A stretch of DNA of 64,000 bases from an uncultured Actinomycetes bacterium (lineage in GTDB: Bacteria; Actinomycetota; Thermoleophilia; UBA2241). The stretch is taken from contig CAVYCN010000004.1 in NCBI GenBank assembly GCA_963767005.1, forward strand, positions 128,001 to 192,000, in the 5' to 3' direction. Numbering within the stretch: position 1 is the stretch's first letter; every line of letters starts with the position of its first letter. A program made the position numbers and the translations under genes. Shown in pieces: positions 14,721 to 23,448 of this stretch. The notes beneath the pieces were generated by a model that was given only the letters and a program-made list of their open reading frames with translations, made no database searches and was not told the DNA's origin.

Positions 14721-14761
14721 CCCCGTGCGCCCGGGCCGCGGATCGCCCCCCCGCCGCCGCG

Positions 14762-15757
14762 CTAGGAGGACCGCGCGGACGCGCCCAGCCGGTCCGGGTC
14801 GGCCGCCAGAAAGTACGAGCGCTGCGGCTCCAGGCCGAGCACCGCCTCGGCACGCGCCAGGGGGCGGGCGGCGGCCGTCAGGGCCGCGAAGGCGGCCTTG
14901 CCGGCCGCCGCCCGCCCGGGCGCGCGCCGAGCAGTCAGGTTGAGCCGCTGCTTCTGCAGGCCGGGGAGCAGCGAGGCCGACCAGAAGGCGGGGCTGTGGC
15001 GGCGCGAATAGGGCTCGACCGCGGCGATCCGCAGGCCCGCGCGGCGCGCCGTCTCGGCGAACGTGCCCGGCTCGAAATGGTAAAGGTGTCGCGGCAGGTC
15101 GAGCCCGATCCAGCGCGACCCGAAGAGGCGCGCCTGGGGGGCGTCGCGGCGCGGCAGGAACAGCACGGCCACGAGGCCGCCGGGGGCGAGCAGCTCGCGC
15201 GCGCGCGCGAGTGCCGCGAGCGGGTCGTGGAAGTGCTCGAGCGCGGCCGCGAACACGATGGCGTCGAAGGTCTGCCCGGCGAGGTCCGCCTGGTCGAAGG
15301 TCGCCGCCTGCACGTCGAGCGCGCGCCGCGAGCGGGCGATGGCGGCGCTGCGCGCCGACGGCTCCACGCCGCTCACCCGCCACTCGTCGGCGCGCAGCGC
15401 CTCGAGCAACTCGCCGCTGCCGCAGCCCACGTCGAGGAGGCGTCCGCGGGCCGGCCGCAGCCCGGCGAGCCAGCCCACGACCTCACCGAACTGGCGCCGC
15501 CGCCAGGCGTCCTCGAGACGCAGCGCCACGCCGCCGCCGTCGCGCGCCGTGTGGTAGTCGTCGGGGTAGTAGGCGGCCATCTCGGCCGGAGTGGGCCGGG
15601 GGTCCACATACGCGAGGCCGCACCCGCGGCAGCGCACGACGGCGAAGCTCTCCGGCGCGCCGGCGTGCCGGGCCGCCGCGAGCCGGTCGGGCGCGCTGCG
15701 CACGAGCTCGGGGTCGGCGCGACCACACAGCAGGCAGGGCACCGTCTCCACGAGCAA
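14762..15757 (-). CDS. Class I SAM-dependent methyltransferase with N-terminal CxxC...CxxC motif
   Basis: CLLCG, CRGCGL, LLDVGCGSG, LEH, PRHLYHF. Confidence 0.85.
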   Translation of the reverse strand: MLVETVPCLLCGRADPELVRSAPDRLAAARHAGAPESFAVVRCRGCGLAYVDPRPTPAEMAAYYPDDYHTARDGGGVALRLEDAWRRRQFGEVVGWLAGLRPARGRLLDVGCGSGELLEALRADEWRVSGVEPSARSAAIARSRRALDVQAATFDQADLAGQTFDAIVFAAALEHFHDPLAALARARELLAPGGLVAVLFLPRRDAPQARLFGSRWIGLDLPRHLYHFEPGTFAETARRAGLRIAAVEPYSRRHSPAFWSASLLPGLQKQRLNLTARRAPGRAAAGKAAFAALTAAARPLARAEAVLGLEPQRSYFLAADPDRLGASARSS

Positions 15758-15867
15758 ACGCTCCTTCGTCCGTTCGGGTGGCAGCCGCTAGGATAGCATC
15801 GGCCGCCGCGGTCACCTGGGCGGCGACCATCCAGCTTGGTCGGGTGCCGCGGCCGTCGCGGGGCCGC

Positions 15868-16446
15868 TCAGCGTTGCCGCCCGGCCTCCCGTTCGCGGCG
15901 CGCACCGACGAGGCGCGCGAAGACGGCGGCGAGCACGGCGATCTCGGCGTCGGTCAGGGGCGCGAAGAACGTGTTCTCGACGTAGTCGCGCAGGGCGTCC
16001 TGGGCGCCGGCGGTGGCGCGCACGCCGGCCGCCGTCAGCGTGACGTTCGTGGCGCGACCGTCACGGGGGCACGGCGTGCGTGTGACGTAGGCGTGCCGTT
16101 CGAGGATGTCGACGATGCGCGAGATTCGGCCCATGCTCAGGCCCATGGCCGTGGCGAGGGCCGTCTGGCGCAGGGTACGCTCGTCGGCGGTGACCAGGCG
16201 CCCCATCAGGCCCAGCATGCTCACGCTGAGGTCGCCGTAGGCGGCGAGCTCGCGTTCACCCTCGCGGCGCAGACGACCGGCCAGCTCGAGCAGGCCCTCC
16301 CAGGCGGCGGCGCGCTCGGGCGACCAGTCGCCGGCCCGCTCGCCCAACATGAAACGGGCGCGTGCCACGACGGCTGCCATCGGGTCGGGGCCGCCGGCCG
16401 GACGCCTCTCGGCATCCGGCGGCCCCGACCCGGGTCGGGAGCTCAT
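15868..16446 (-). CDS. MarR-family transcriptional regulator
   Basis: LSMGRISRIVDILE...V.R.PCPRDGR...VTLT winged HTH; start uncertain. Confidence 0.85.
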   Translation of the reverse strand: MSSRPGSGPPDAERRPAGGPDPMAAVVARARFMLGERAGDWSPERAAAWEGLLELAGRLRREGERELAAYGDLSVSMLGLMGRLVTADERTLRQTALATAMGLSMGRISRIVDILERHAYVTRTPCPRDGRATNVTLTAAGVRATAGAQDALRDYVENTFFAPLTDAEIAVLAAVFARLVGARREREAGRQR

Positions 16447-16448
16447 CG

Positions 16449-17072
16449 TCAGGCCGAGACCCTGACGGCGCTGGCGAAGCCGGTCTGGAGCGGCTGCTGC
16501 AGCGCGATGTGCAGGTAGCCGAGCGCCTCGACCTCGCGAGCGCGGCGCAGCGGCCCGGCATCGATGGCGCGCAGGCCACCGGCCTCCACGAGACTCGCGA
16601 CGGCGGCCTTGGCCTGCTCGTCGTCGCCGGCGAGGAACACGTCGAGCGGCTGGCCGGCGACGACGCCGCTCACCAGCGTGCCGGCGAAGGTCGTGTTGAA
16701 CGCCTTGATGACTTTTGCCGCGGGCTGCGCCGCGGCGATCTCCTGGGCCGCCGAGCCGGCCGCGGGGTGGATCGGCTCGAAGGTGGTGAAATCGAGGGGG
16801 TTCGTGATGTCGATCACGATCCGGCCGGCGAGCTCGCCGCCGTAGCGGCCGAGCACGTCGCTCAGGGCGGGATAGGGCACCGCCAGCACGATGGCGTCGC
16901 CCGCGAGCGCATCGCCGTAGTTGCCGACCCGGGTGGCGCCGCCAAGCTCGCCGGCGAGGGCGGTCGCCTTGGCCGGGTCGCGGTCGAGCAGGGTGACGGT
17001 GTTGCCGCCGGCGAGCGCGCGTGTAGCAATGCCGCGCGCCATGTTGCCGGCGCCGATGATCGTGACGTTCAT
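16449..17072 (-). CDS. NADPH-dependent F420 reductase-like oxidoreductase
   Basis: IIGAGNM, LAVPY, IDITNP, KAFNT motifs. Confidence 0.88.
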   Translation of the reverse strand: MNVTIIGAGNMARGIATRALAGGNTVTLLDRDPAKATALAGELGGATRVGNYGDALAGDAIVLAVPYPALSDVLGRYGGELAGRIVIDITNPLDFTTFEPIHPAAGSAAQEIAAAQPAAKVIKAFNTTFAGTLVSGVVAGQPLDVFLAGDDEQAKAAVASLVEAGGLRAIDAGPLRRAREVEALGYLHIALQQPLQTGFASAVRVSA

Positions 17073-17128
17073 GAGGTCCTCCGCGGGCGAGTGGTCGTGA
17101 CTCTCTCGCTGGAAGGGTAGCCAAAAGC

Positions 17129-17140
17129 TTGCCATAGCAA
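17129..17140. promoter_or_regulatory. Candidate MarR operator TTGC-CATA-GCAA
   Basis: Short palindrome in an AT-rich patch upstream of the reductase-marR operon. Confidence 0.4.
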
Positions 17141-17388
17141 ACATATCGCGTCTCAGCATCTCACGTGCGGCGTGGGCCGTCGGGCGCGGCTCGTCGCGTT
17201 GTCCGGCGAGCGAAGCGTGGGCCGCGACGGCGGCAGGATGCCGTCGGCGTGCTTCTCAAGTACCATCGGGGGTGCGGCATCCGTCGCCCACGGACGGGGC
17301 TCGAGTGGACCGGCCTGCCGCATGTCGCCGAGAGATGGGCGTCACCCGGCGGCCGGCCGAGGCGTGGACACGAAAGGAGTGGGGCCTA

Positions 17389-18858
17389 GTGAAACGGAAC
17401 CTGCAGGCCGGGGTGAGGCGCAACGCCGCCCTGCGCCTCGAGGTCTTCACCGACGCCGACCTCGACGACATCCACCGCGCGACGCTCGAGGTGCTCGAGC
17501 GCACCGGTGTGTTCGTCGAGAGCGACGAGGCGCTCGACGTCTTCTCCGACGGCGGCTGCCGGATCGATCGCGAAGCCCGGATCGTGAAGATCCCGCCCTA
17601 TATCGTCGAGGACGCGATCCGCTCGGCGCCGGCCACGGTGCGGCTGTGCGGCCGCGTGCCCGAGAACGACGTGGTGCTCGAAGGCGGCCGCGTCGGCTTC
17701 ACCAACTTCAGCGCCGGCATCATGGTGATCGACCCCCGTACCGACGAGTATCGCCAGTCGACGGTCCAGGACGTTGCCGACCTGGCGCGCATGACCGACT
17801 ACCTGAGTGAGATCGACACCTACGAGCACTCGGTCGAAGGGCGCGACGGGCCCGAGGAGACGCTCGCCGTGCGCGACACCGCGGTCGCCCTCAAGAACAC
17901 GACCAAGTGCGTCGGCACCGGCGCCCTGTCGACCTACGACGTCGACGCCATCGTGCGCATGGGCGCGGCCGTCGCCGGCGGCGAGGACGAACTGCGCGAG
18001 CGGCCGCTCGTCTACTTCTGCGAGTGCCCCGTCAGCCCGCTCAAGATCACGCGCGACGCCGCCGAGGTGATCATGGGCGCGGCCCGCCACGGCATCCCCA
18101 ACAACGTGATCTCGATGGCGATGTCGGGTGCGTCGTCGCCGGTCACGCTGGCCGGCACGCTCGTCACCCACAACTGCGAGGTGCTGGCCAGCATCACGCT
18201 CGCCCAGCTCACGGAGCGCGGCGCGCCCAGCATCTACGGCTCGTCGACGACCGCGATCGACCTGCGCCTCGCGGCGGCGTCGGTGGGCTCTCCCGAGCTG
18301 GGACTGCTCAGCGCCGGCGTGGCTCAGCTCGCCCAGCGATACCTGCTGCCGAGCTTCGTGGCGGGGTTGTAGGCGGATTCCAAGCTCAGTGACATCCAGG
18401 CCGGTCACGAGAAGACACTGACCGCCCTCATGGCGGCGTTGGCAGGGGCCAACCTGATCTATGGGGCGGGGATGACCGAGTCGGGAGTCACTTTCGATTA
18501 CGCGCAGTACGTGCTCGACAACGATATGGCGCGCATGGTCAAGCACACCGTGCAGGGCATCCCGGTGAGCGACGAGAACCTCGACCTCGCCGACATCCAC
18601 GCCGTCGGCTCGTTCGGCGACTATCTGTCGCTCGACTCGACGCTGCGCCACATGCGCGAGCTCTCCACGCCGCGCTTCATGGACCGCCGCGTGCGCGAGG
18701 ACTGGAAGGCGATGGGTGCCAAAGACGCCTACACGGCCGCCAAGGAAGCCGCCGTGCAGATCCTCGAGGAGCACCACCCCGAGCCGCTGGCCGGCGACGT
18801 CGCCGGCCAGGTCGACGCCGTGTTGCACGACGCCGAGGTGCGCGCCGGGATCGCCTGA
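17389..18858 (+). CDS. mttB: Trimethylamine:corrinoid methyltransferase (MttB family), 489 aa, with in-frame amber codon (putative pyrrolysine 328)
   Basis: AAGGAG RBS then GTG 17389; IHRATLEVLERTG, SPLK, SGASSPVTLAG; one continuous frame across TAG 18370-18372: [44 protein letters not shown]. Confidence 0.9.
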
Positions 18859-18866
18859 GGTTCGAG

Positions 18867-19400
18867 ATGACCACCACGTCCGGCTGGACCATCGAGGAGC
18901 TGGCGCCGTCGGCTCCCGGTCCGTTCACCGACGCCGACCTCGACCCGCTCGAGCCCCTCTGGCGCTCGCTCATGGACCGCCATCGCGCGGCCTGGGAAGG
19001 CGTTGCCGTGCGGAGCTACGACGACTCGTGGCCGCGGCGCCGGGCCCAGTATCGCCGGTGGCTGCGCGAGCCCGGCTCCTTCGCGCTCGTCGCGCGACGC
19101 GGCCACCGGCTGCTCGGCTACGCCGTCGTCGGCATCGAAGAGGGCGACGAGACGTACGCGACGGGAGAGCGCCAGGCCGAGATCCACACGCTGGCCGTGC
19201 TGCCCGGGGAGCGCGACCACGGCCTCGGCGCGGCCCTTGTCGACGTGCTCGAGCGGCGCCTGCTGGCCGACGGCGTGACCGACGTCTTCGTCGGGACCAT
19301 GGCCGGCAACGACGCCGCGCAACGCTTCTACGAGCGGCGCGGCTACGCGCCCTTCGTGCACATCAGCCACCGCAGGCTGACCACCGACGTTCCGCGCTGA
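18867..19400 (+). CDS. GNAT acetyltransferase
   Basis: LAVLPGERDHGLG and NDAAQRFYERRG motifs. Confidence 0.85.
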   Translation: MTTTSGWTIEELAPSAPGPFTDADLDPLEPLWRSLMDRHRAAWEGVAVRSYDDSWPRRRAQYRRWLREPGSFALVARRGHRLLGYAVVGIEEGDETYATGERQAEIHTLAVLPGERDHGLGAALVDVLERRLLADGVTDVFVGTMAGNDAAQRFYERRGYAPFVHISHRRLTTDVPR

Positions 19401-19635
19401 TGTCGTCGCGGGTCGGCTGTGCAGGGGAGCGCAGCGCCGCGCGGCGACGTCGTGGGGAGTGGGGTGGTGGACCTTAGTGGACAACTCTCGAACCTGCCCG
19501 ATGTGCTCCGAGGTCTGCTGGAGGCCCTATCGGATCCGTGACCGCGGACTCCAGAGAACTCGGACGCAAGGTCAAACCCGTGGCCCAGCCGCTCTGCAAA
19601 CTCCCGTGTGGCTGGGACCTGGGTGTCGGCACCAC

Positions 19636-19684
19636 TTGCCAATCGGACTTGCGGTCCGTATATTGCAATCGGACTGCCAGTCCA
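19636..19684 (+). promoter_or_regulatory. Promoter TTGCCA-17-TATATT with two palindromic operators CGGAC-N5-GTCC(G/A)
   Basis: -35 at 19636-41, -10 at 19659-64; operators at 19644-58 and 19670-84, each preceded by AAT. Confidence 0.7.
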
Positions 19685-19707
19685 TCTCTTGTCACGGAGA
19701 AGAATCG

Positions 19708-20115
19708 ATGAACGCAACCCGCCCCGCCCATGTCTTCCAGAAGGCCTTATCCGCCATGCAGTCCGGCGACGTGCAGGCCTGGCTGGATCTATGCACCGAC
19801 GACGTCGTCTTCGAGTTTCCCTTCGCCCCTCCGGGGCGGCCCAGCAAGGTTGAGGGTAAGCAGGCGCTTGGGGAGTACCTCACGGCCGGACCGTCACGCG
19901 TTGAGTTCGATCGGCTGAACAATCTGGAGACGCACCAGACGCTGAATCCTGACGTTGCGATCTTCGAGATGACCGCAACTGGCAGGGTCAAGGACACCGG
20001 CGAACCCTACGAGATGTCCTACGTCGTCGTGCTCACCGTGCGCGACGGCCGCATTGCGCACTATCGCGACTACTGGAACCCGCTCAAGTCCCTCCACTTC
20101 GAGACGCAGGCATAG
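19708..20115 (+). CDS. SnoaL/NTF2-like protein
   Basis: DDVVFEFPFAP and GRIAHYRDYWNP; ATG 19708 after GGAGA. Confidence 0.85.
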   Translation: MNATRPAHVFQKALSAMQSGDVQAWLDLCTDDVVFEFPFAPPGRPSKVEGKQALGEYLTAGPSRVEFDRLNNLETHQTLNPDVAIFEMTATGRVKDTGEPYEMSYVVVLTVRDGRIAHYRDYWNPLKSLHFETQA

Positions 20116-20121
20116 CAGCCG

Positions 20122-20976
20122 ATGCCGTCAAACCAGCCTTACGGACGAGTCCTCGTCACCGGCGCGAGCGGGAATACCGGCAGCCGATTGGCCGCCCAGC
20201 TTGCGGCGCGAGGCATTGCGGTGACCGCGGCCAACCGCTCCGGAACCGGGCCGCGCGGAACGCTCGTGACGCGGTTCGACTGGTACGATGCCGGCACTCA
20301 TCCCGGCGCGCTCACCGGCGTCGAGCGCATGTACCTCGTCCCGCCGAGTCGCGACGCCGACCCGCAGGCGGTCATGCTGCCCTTCCTCGAACGCGCGCGC
20401 AACGCGGGCGTCCGACGGGTGGTACTGCTCAGTAACTCTGTCGTGCCCGCCGGTGGCCCGGGCCCGGGGGTCGTACACGTAGCCGTCGCCGAGATGTTCG
20501 ACGAATGGGCAGTCCTGCGCCCGAGCTGGTTCATGCAGAACGTCACTGGCAACCACCCCCACGCCCAGAGCATCCGCGCCGACTCCGTCATCCGGACGGC
20601 GACCGGCAGCGGACGCGTCGGCTTCGTCGATGCCGGCGACATCGCCCGCGTCGGCGTCGAAGCGCTACTCTCCCCTAGCGCGCCAAACGCCGACCTGATC
20701 CTGACCGGGCCTGAGGCCCTGAGTTACGACCAAGTCGCCACGATCCTGAGTGAGGCCAGCGGGGGGACGATCATGCACGTGCACGTAGACGCCGAGGAGT
20801 TACGCTCCATCTACGAAGCCACTGGACTGCCCTCAGCCGCCGCCCGGTTCCTGGCCGCCATGGACACCGCGATCGCCTCCGGGATCGAGGACCGGACCAC
20901 GGATACCGTCGAGCGTGTGACCGGCACCGCGCCTCGTTCGTTCCGAGAGTTTGCCGCCGCCGAGTTTCGGACGTGA
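20122..20976 (+). CDS. NmrA-like NAD(P)-binding protein (atypical SDR)
   Basis: LVTGASGNTG, RFDW, LRPSWFMQN, LTGPEALS. Confidence 0.85.
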   Translation: MPSNQPYGRVLVTGASGNTGSRLAAQLAARGIAVTAANRSGTGPRGTLVTRFDWYDAGTHPGALTGVERMYLVPPSRDADPQAVMLPFLERARNAGVRRVVLLSNSVVPAGGPGPGVVHVAVAEMFDEWAVLRPSWFMQNVTGNHPHAQSIRADSVIRTATGSGRVGFVDAGDIARVGVEALLSPSAPNADLILTGPEALSYDQVATILSEASGGTIMHVHVDAEELRSIYEATGLPSAAARFLAAMDTAIASGIEDRTTDTVERVTGTAPRSFREFAAAEFRT

Positions 20977-21065
20977 CGCAGCGGAGCGTGCGTCCCCACG
21001 TACTCCTCGACCCAGGACCGATACGAGTCCAGTAGCGCTGAGCCCACGAGACGCGAGGAACGAAG

Positions 21066-21695
21066 ATGACCATCAAGGAACGAGCTGACGCGGCACGCAA
21101 CCGGCGGACGATCCTCAACGCCGCTTCCGCCCTGTTCGCGACGACCTCCGATCCCCTGGCGGTCACGATGGATGATGTCGCGGCTGCGGCCGGCGTGGGC
21201 AAGGGCACCGTGTTCCGTCGTTACGGCGATCGGGCCGGGCTGCTGCGCGCGGTCTTCGAGACCCGGATGGCCGCGCTGACCGAGGCCATCGCCACAGGTC
21301 CACCGCCGCTGGGTCCGGCCACGCCGGCGCGCGCGCGCATTGCTGCCGTCCACGACGCCATAGTCGAGGCCAAGCTGGAGAACCGGCAGATCACGCTCGC
21401 GCTCGAGCAGATCGAGCGGCGTCCCTCCCGCAACTCCTTCTTCGACACGCCGAACTACAAGAACGCCCATGCCTTGTTCTGCGAGCTGCTCGTCGACATC
21501 ATGGGCGCCGAGCGCGCGAGCTGGACTGCCCATGCGCTGCTCTCCCTTGCGCGCATCGACCTGATCGAGCACATGGTCTCTGCAGAAGGCTGGACCGACC
21601 TGCAGGTACGGCGTCAAATCGGCAACCTCGTCGAGCAGATCCTCGGACGTGATACCGAGCAACTCGGTCCCCGCGCGGTCAGCCGAGAGTCTTAA
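21066..21695 (+). CDS. TetR-family transcriptional regulator
   Basis: ERADAARNR...VTMDDVAAAAGVGKGTVFRRY. Confidence 0.92.
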   Translation: MTIKERADAARNRRTILNAASALFATTSDPLAVTMDDVAAAAGVGKGTVFRRYGDRAGLLRAVFETRMAALTEAIATGPPPLGPATPARARIAAVHDAIVEAKLENRQITLALEQIERRPSRNSFFDTPNYKNAHALFCELLVDIMGAERASWTAHALLSLARIDLIEHMVSAEGWTDLQVRRQIGNLVEQILGRDTEQLGPRAVSRES

Positions 21696-22028
21696 CACCG
21701 TCCAAGACGTGGTGCGTTGGGCGGGGGCATAGCGAACGCCCCGAAAGTGACCCGGGCGCGCGTGAACGGCCCGCTCTCGAACCTTCCGGCGTTCGCTGTC
21801 GCTTTCTCGATCGATGACATCGCGCCCATGGTGCGCAACAAGGAAATGCGAGTACACATCTGGTAGCAGCGGAGAGTCACGAGGAGAGGCCGTCAGTGCG
21901 ATCCTGGAGACGAGACCCCGGGTCACGGGGCGGCAGACGTTGCGCAGACATCACGATGACGGACAGAGATGGCGATCTGCCGCGCTGATGTCGCACACTT
22001 CTGGTCACTCGACGAAAGGAAGCTCCTC

Positions 22029-23040
22029 ATGCGCGCACGGCGACTCGGCTCCAGCGGACCTCGCGTCTCCGCCCTCGGCCTCGGCTGTATGGGGATGTCC
22101 GGAGTCTACGGCCCTGCCGACGAGACCGAGAGCATCGCCACCATCCACGCCGCCCTCGACGCCGGTGTCACCCTGCTCGACACCGGCGACCTCTACGGCA
22201 TGGGCCACAACGAGCTGCTCATCGGCCGGGCGCTTCGGGGCCGGGGCAGAGGCGAGGTGACGATCAGCGTCAAGTTCGGTGCGCAGCGTGACCCGGACGG
22301 CGGCTGGCTCGGCTACGACGCCCGTCCGGCCGCGGTCAAGACGGCCCTTGCCTACACGCTGCGCCGGCTCGGCAGCGACTACGTCGGCGTCTATCGGCCA
22401 GCGCGGCTCGACCCCGCGGTGCCGATCGAGGACACTGTCGGCGCGATCGCCGAGCTGGTGCAGGCCGGCCACGTGCGCCGCGTGGGGCTCTCCGAGGTCG
22501 GCGTCGACACCATCCGGCGCGCTCACGCCGTGCACCCGATCAGCGACCTGCAGATCGAGTCCTCGCTGGTCTCTCGCGGCATCGAAGAGGAGATCCTGCC
22601 CACGTGCCGGGAGCTGGGCATCGCCGTCACCGCCTACGGCGTGCTGTCGCGTGGGCTGCTCAGCAGCGCCTGGTCGGCCGGTCACGAGATGGCCGGCGGC
22701 GACATGCGGGCGCACATGCCGCGCTTCCAGGGCGAGAACCTGACCCGCAACCTGGCCCTGGTCGAACAGCTGCAGAGCGTCGCCGAGCAGATGGGCGCGA
22801 GCGCGGCACAGGTGGCGATCGCCTGGGTGTCGTCCCGCGGCGAAGGACATCGTCCCGCTGGTCGGCGCACGGCGTCGGGAGCAGCTGGCTGAGGCCCTGC
22901 CGGCTCTCGACCTCGTGCTGTCGGCCGCGCAGCTGGCCCGGGTCGAGGCCGCCGCGCCGGCAGGCGCCGTCGCCGGTGAGCGCTACGCGCCCGCGCAGAT
23001 GGCGACGCTCGACAGCGAGCGCCCGGCGACGGGAAAGTGA
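22029..23040 (+). pseudogene. Aldo/keto reductase with a 1-nt frameshift
   Basis: LGLGCMGMS, GLSEV; an extra base near 22843 (GGC GAA GGA C ATC); the shifted frame continues DIVPLVGARRREQL...GERY to TGA at 23038-40. Confidence 0.8.
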
Positions 23041-23187
23041 CACAGGCGACGGCGCTCGGCTCGGGGCAGCTCGTCGCAGCGGTCGGATAGGACTGGGCTG
23101 TCGCGAGAGGGCTGTGAGCGATCGGATAGGCGACCGGACAGCAGAAGGTGTCGATTTACAGGGATTACGTTGTGATTGTGACAACGA

Positions 23188-23263
23188 TGGTGGAGCATAG
23201 CGGAATCGAACCGCTGACCTCCTGGGTGCGATCCAGGCGCTCTCCCAGCTGAGCTAATGCCCC
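23188..23263 (-). tRNA. tRNA-Ala (anticodon CGC)
   Basis: GGGGCATTAGCTCAGCTGGGAGAGCGCCTGGAT-CGC-ACCCAGGAGGTCAGCGGTTCGATTCCGCTATGCTCCACCA; G3:U70 pair; encoded CCA. Confidence 0.97.
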
Positions 23264-23448
23264 ACGCAAGGCGGCCGCGCGGTCGCCGCGACGACCACCG
23301 CGCGTCCCCGTTTGTACCCGATTCCGTCGGAGTCGGCAAGTTCGCGGCGCGTCGGGCGGGGTGTTCCCGCGCCGCCGCGTCGGCATAGACTAGCCGCACG
23401 GCGGACGAGCGACCGGTCGCAAGGGGCCGGCGGGAGGGCGACGTTCAG

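Larger units (their letters stand above)
19465..23212. mobile_element. Small decayed genomic island at the 3' end of tRNA-Ala; no integrase visible
   Basis: Left end TGGTGGACCTTAGTGGA...TCGAACC resembles the tRNA end TGGTGGAGCATAGCGGAATCGAACC; more A/T-ending codons; contains a frameshifted gene. Confidence 0.6.

Noticed and set aside
18430-18858. Separate 142-aa gene, or mttB as a nonsense pseudogene
   Set aside because: It is in frame with the upstream ORF, the intervening codons encode the conserved DSK..D.QAGHEK motif, and the only lesion is a TAG at the Pyl position.
21696-22028. Short ORFs between tetR and the AKR
   Set aside because: There is no RBS, motif or consistent codon bias; probably decayed island sequence.
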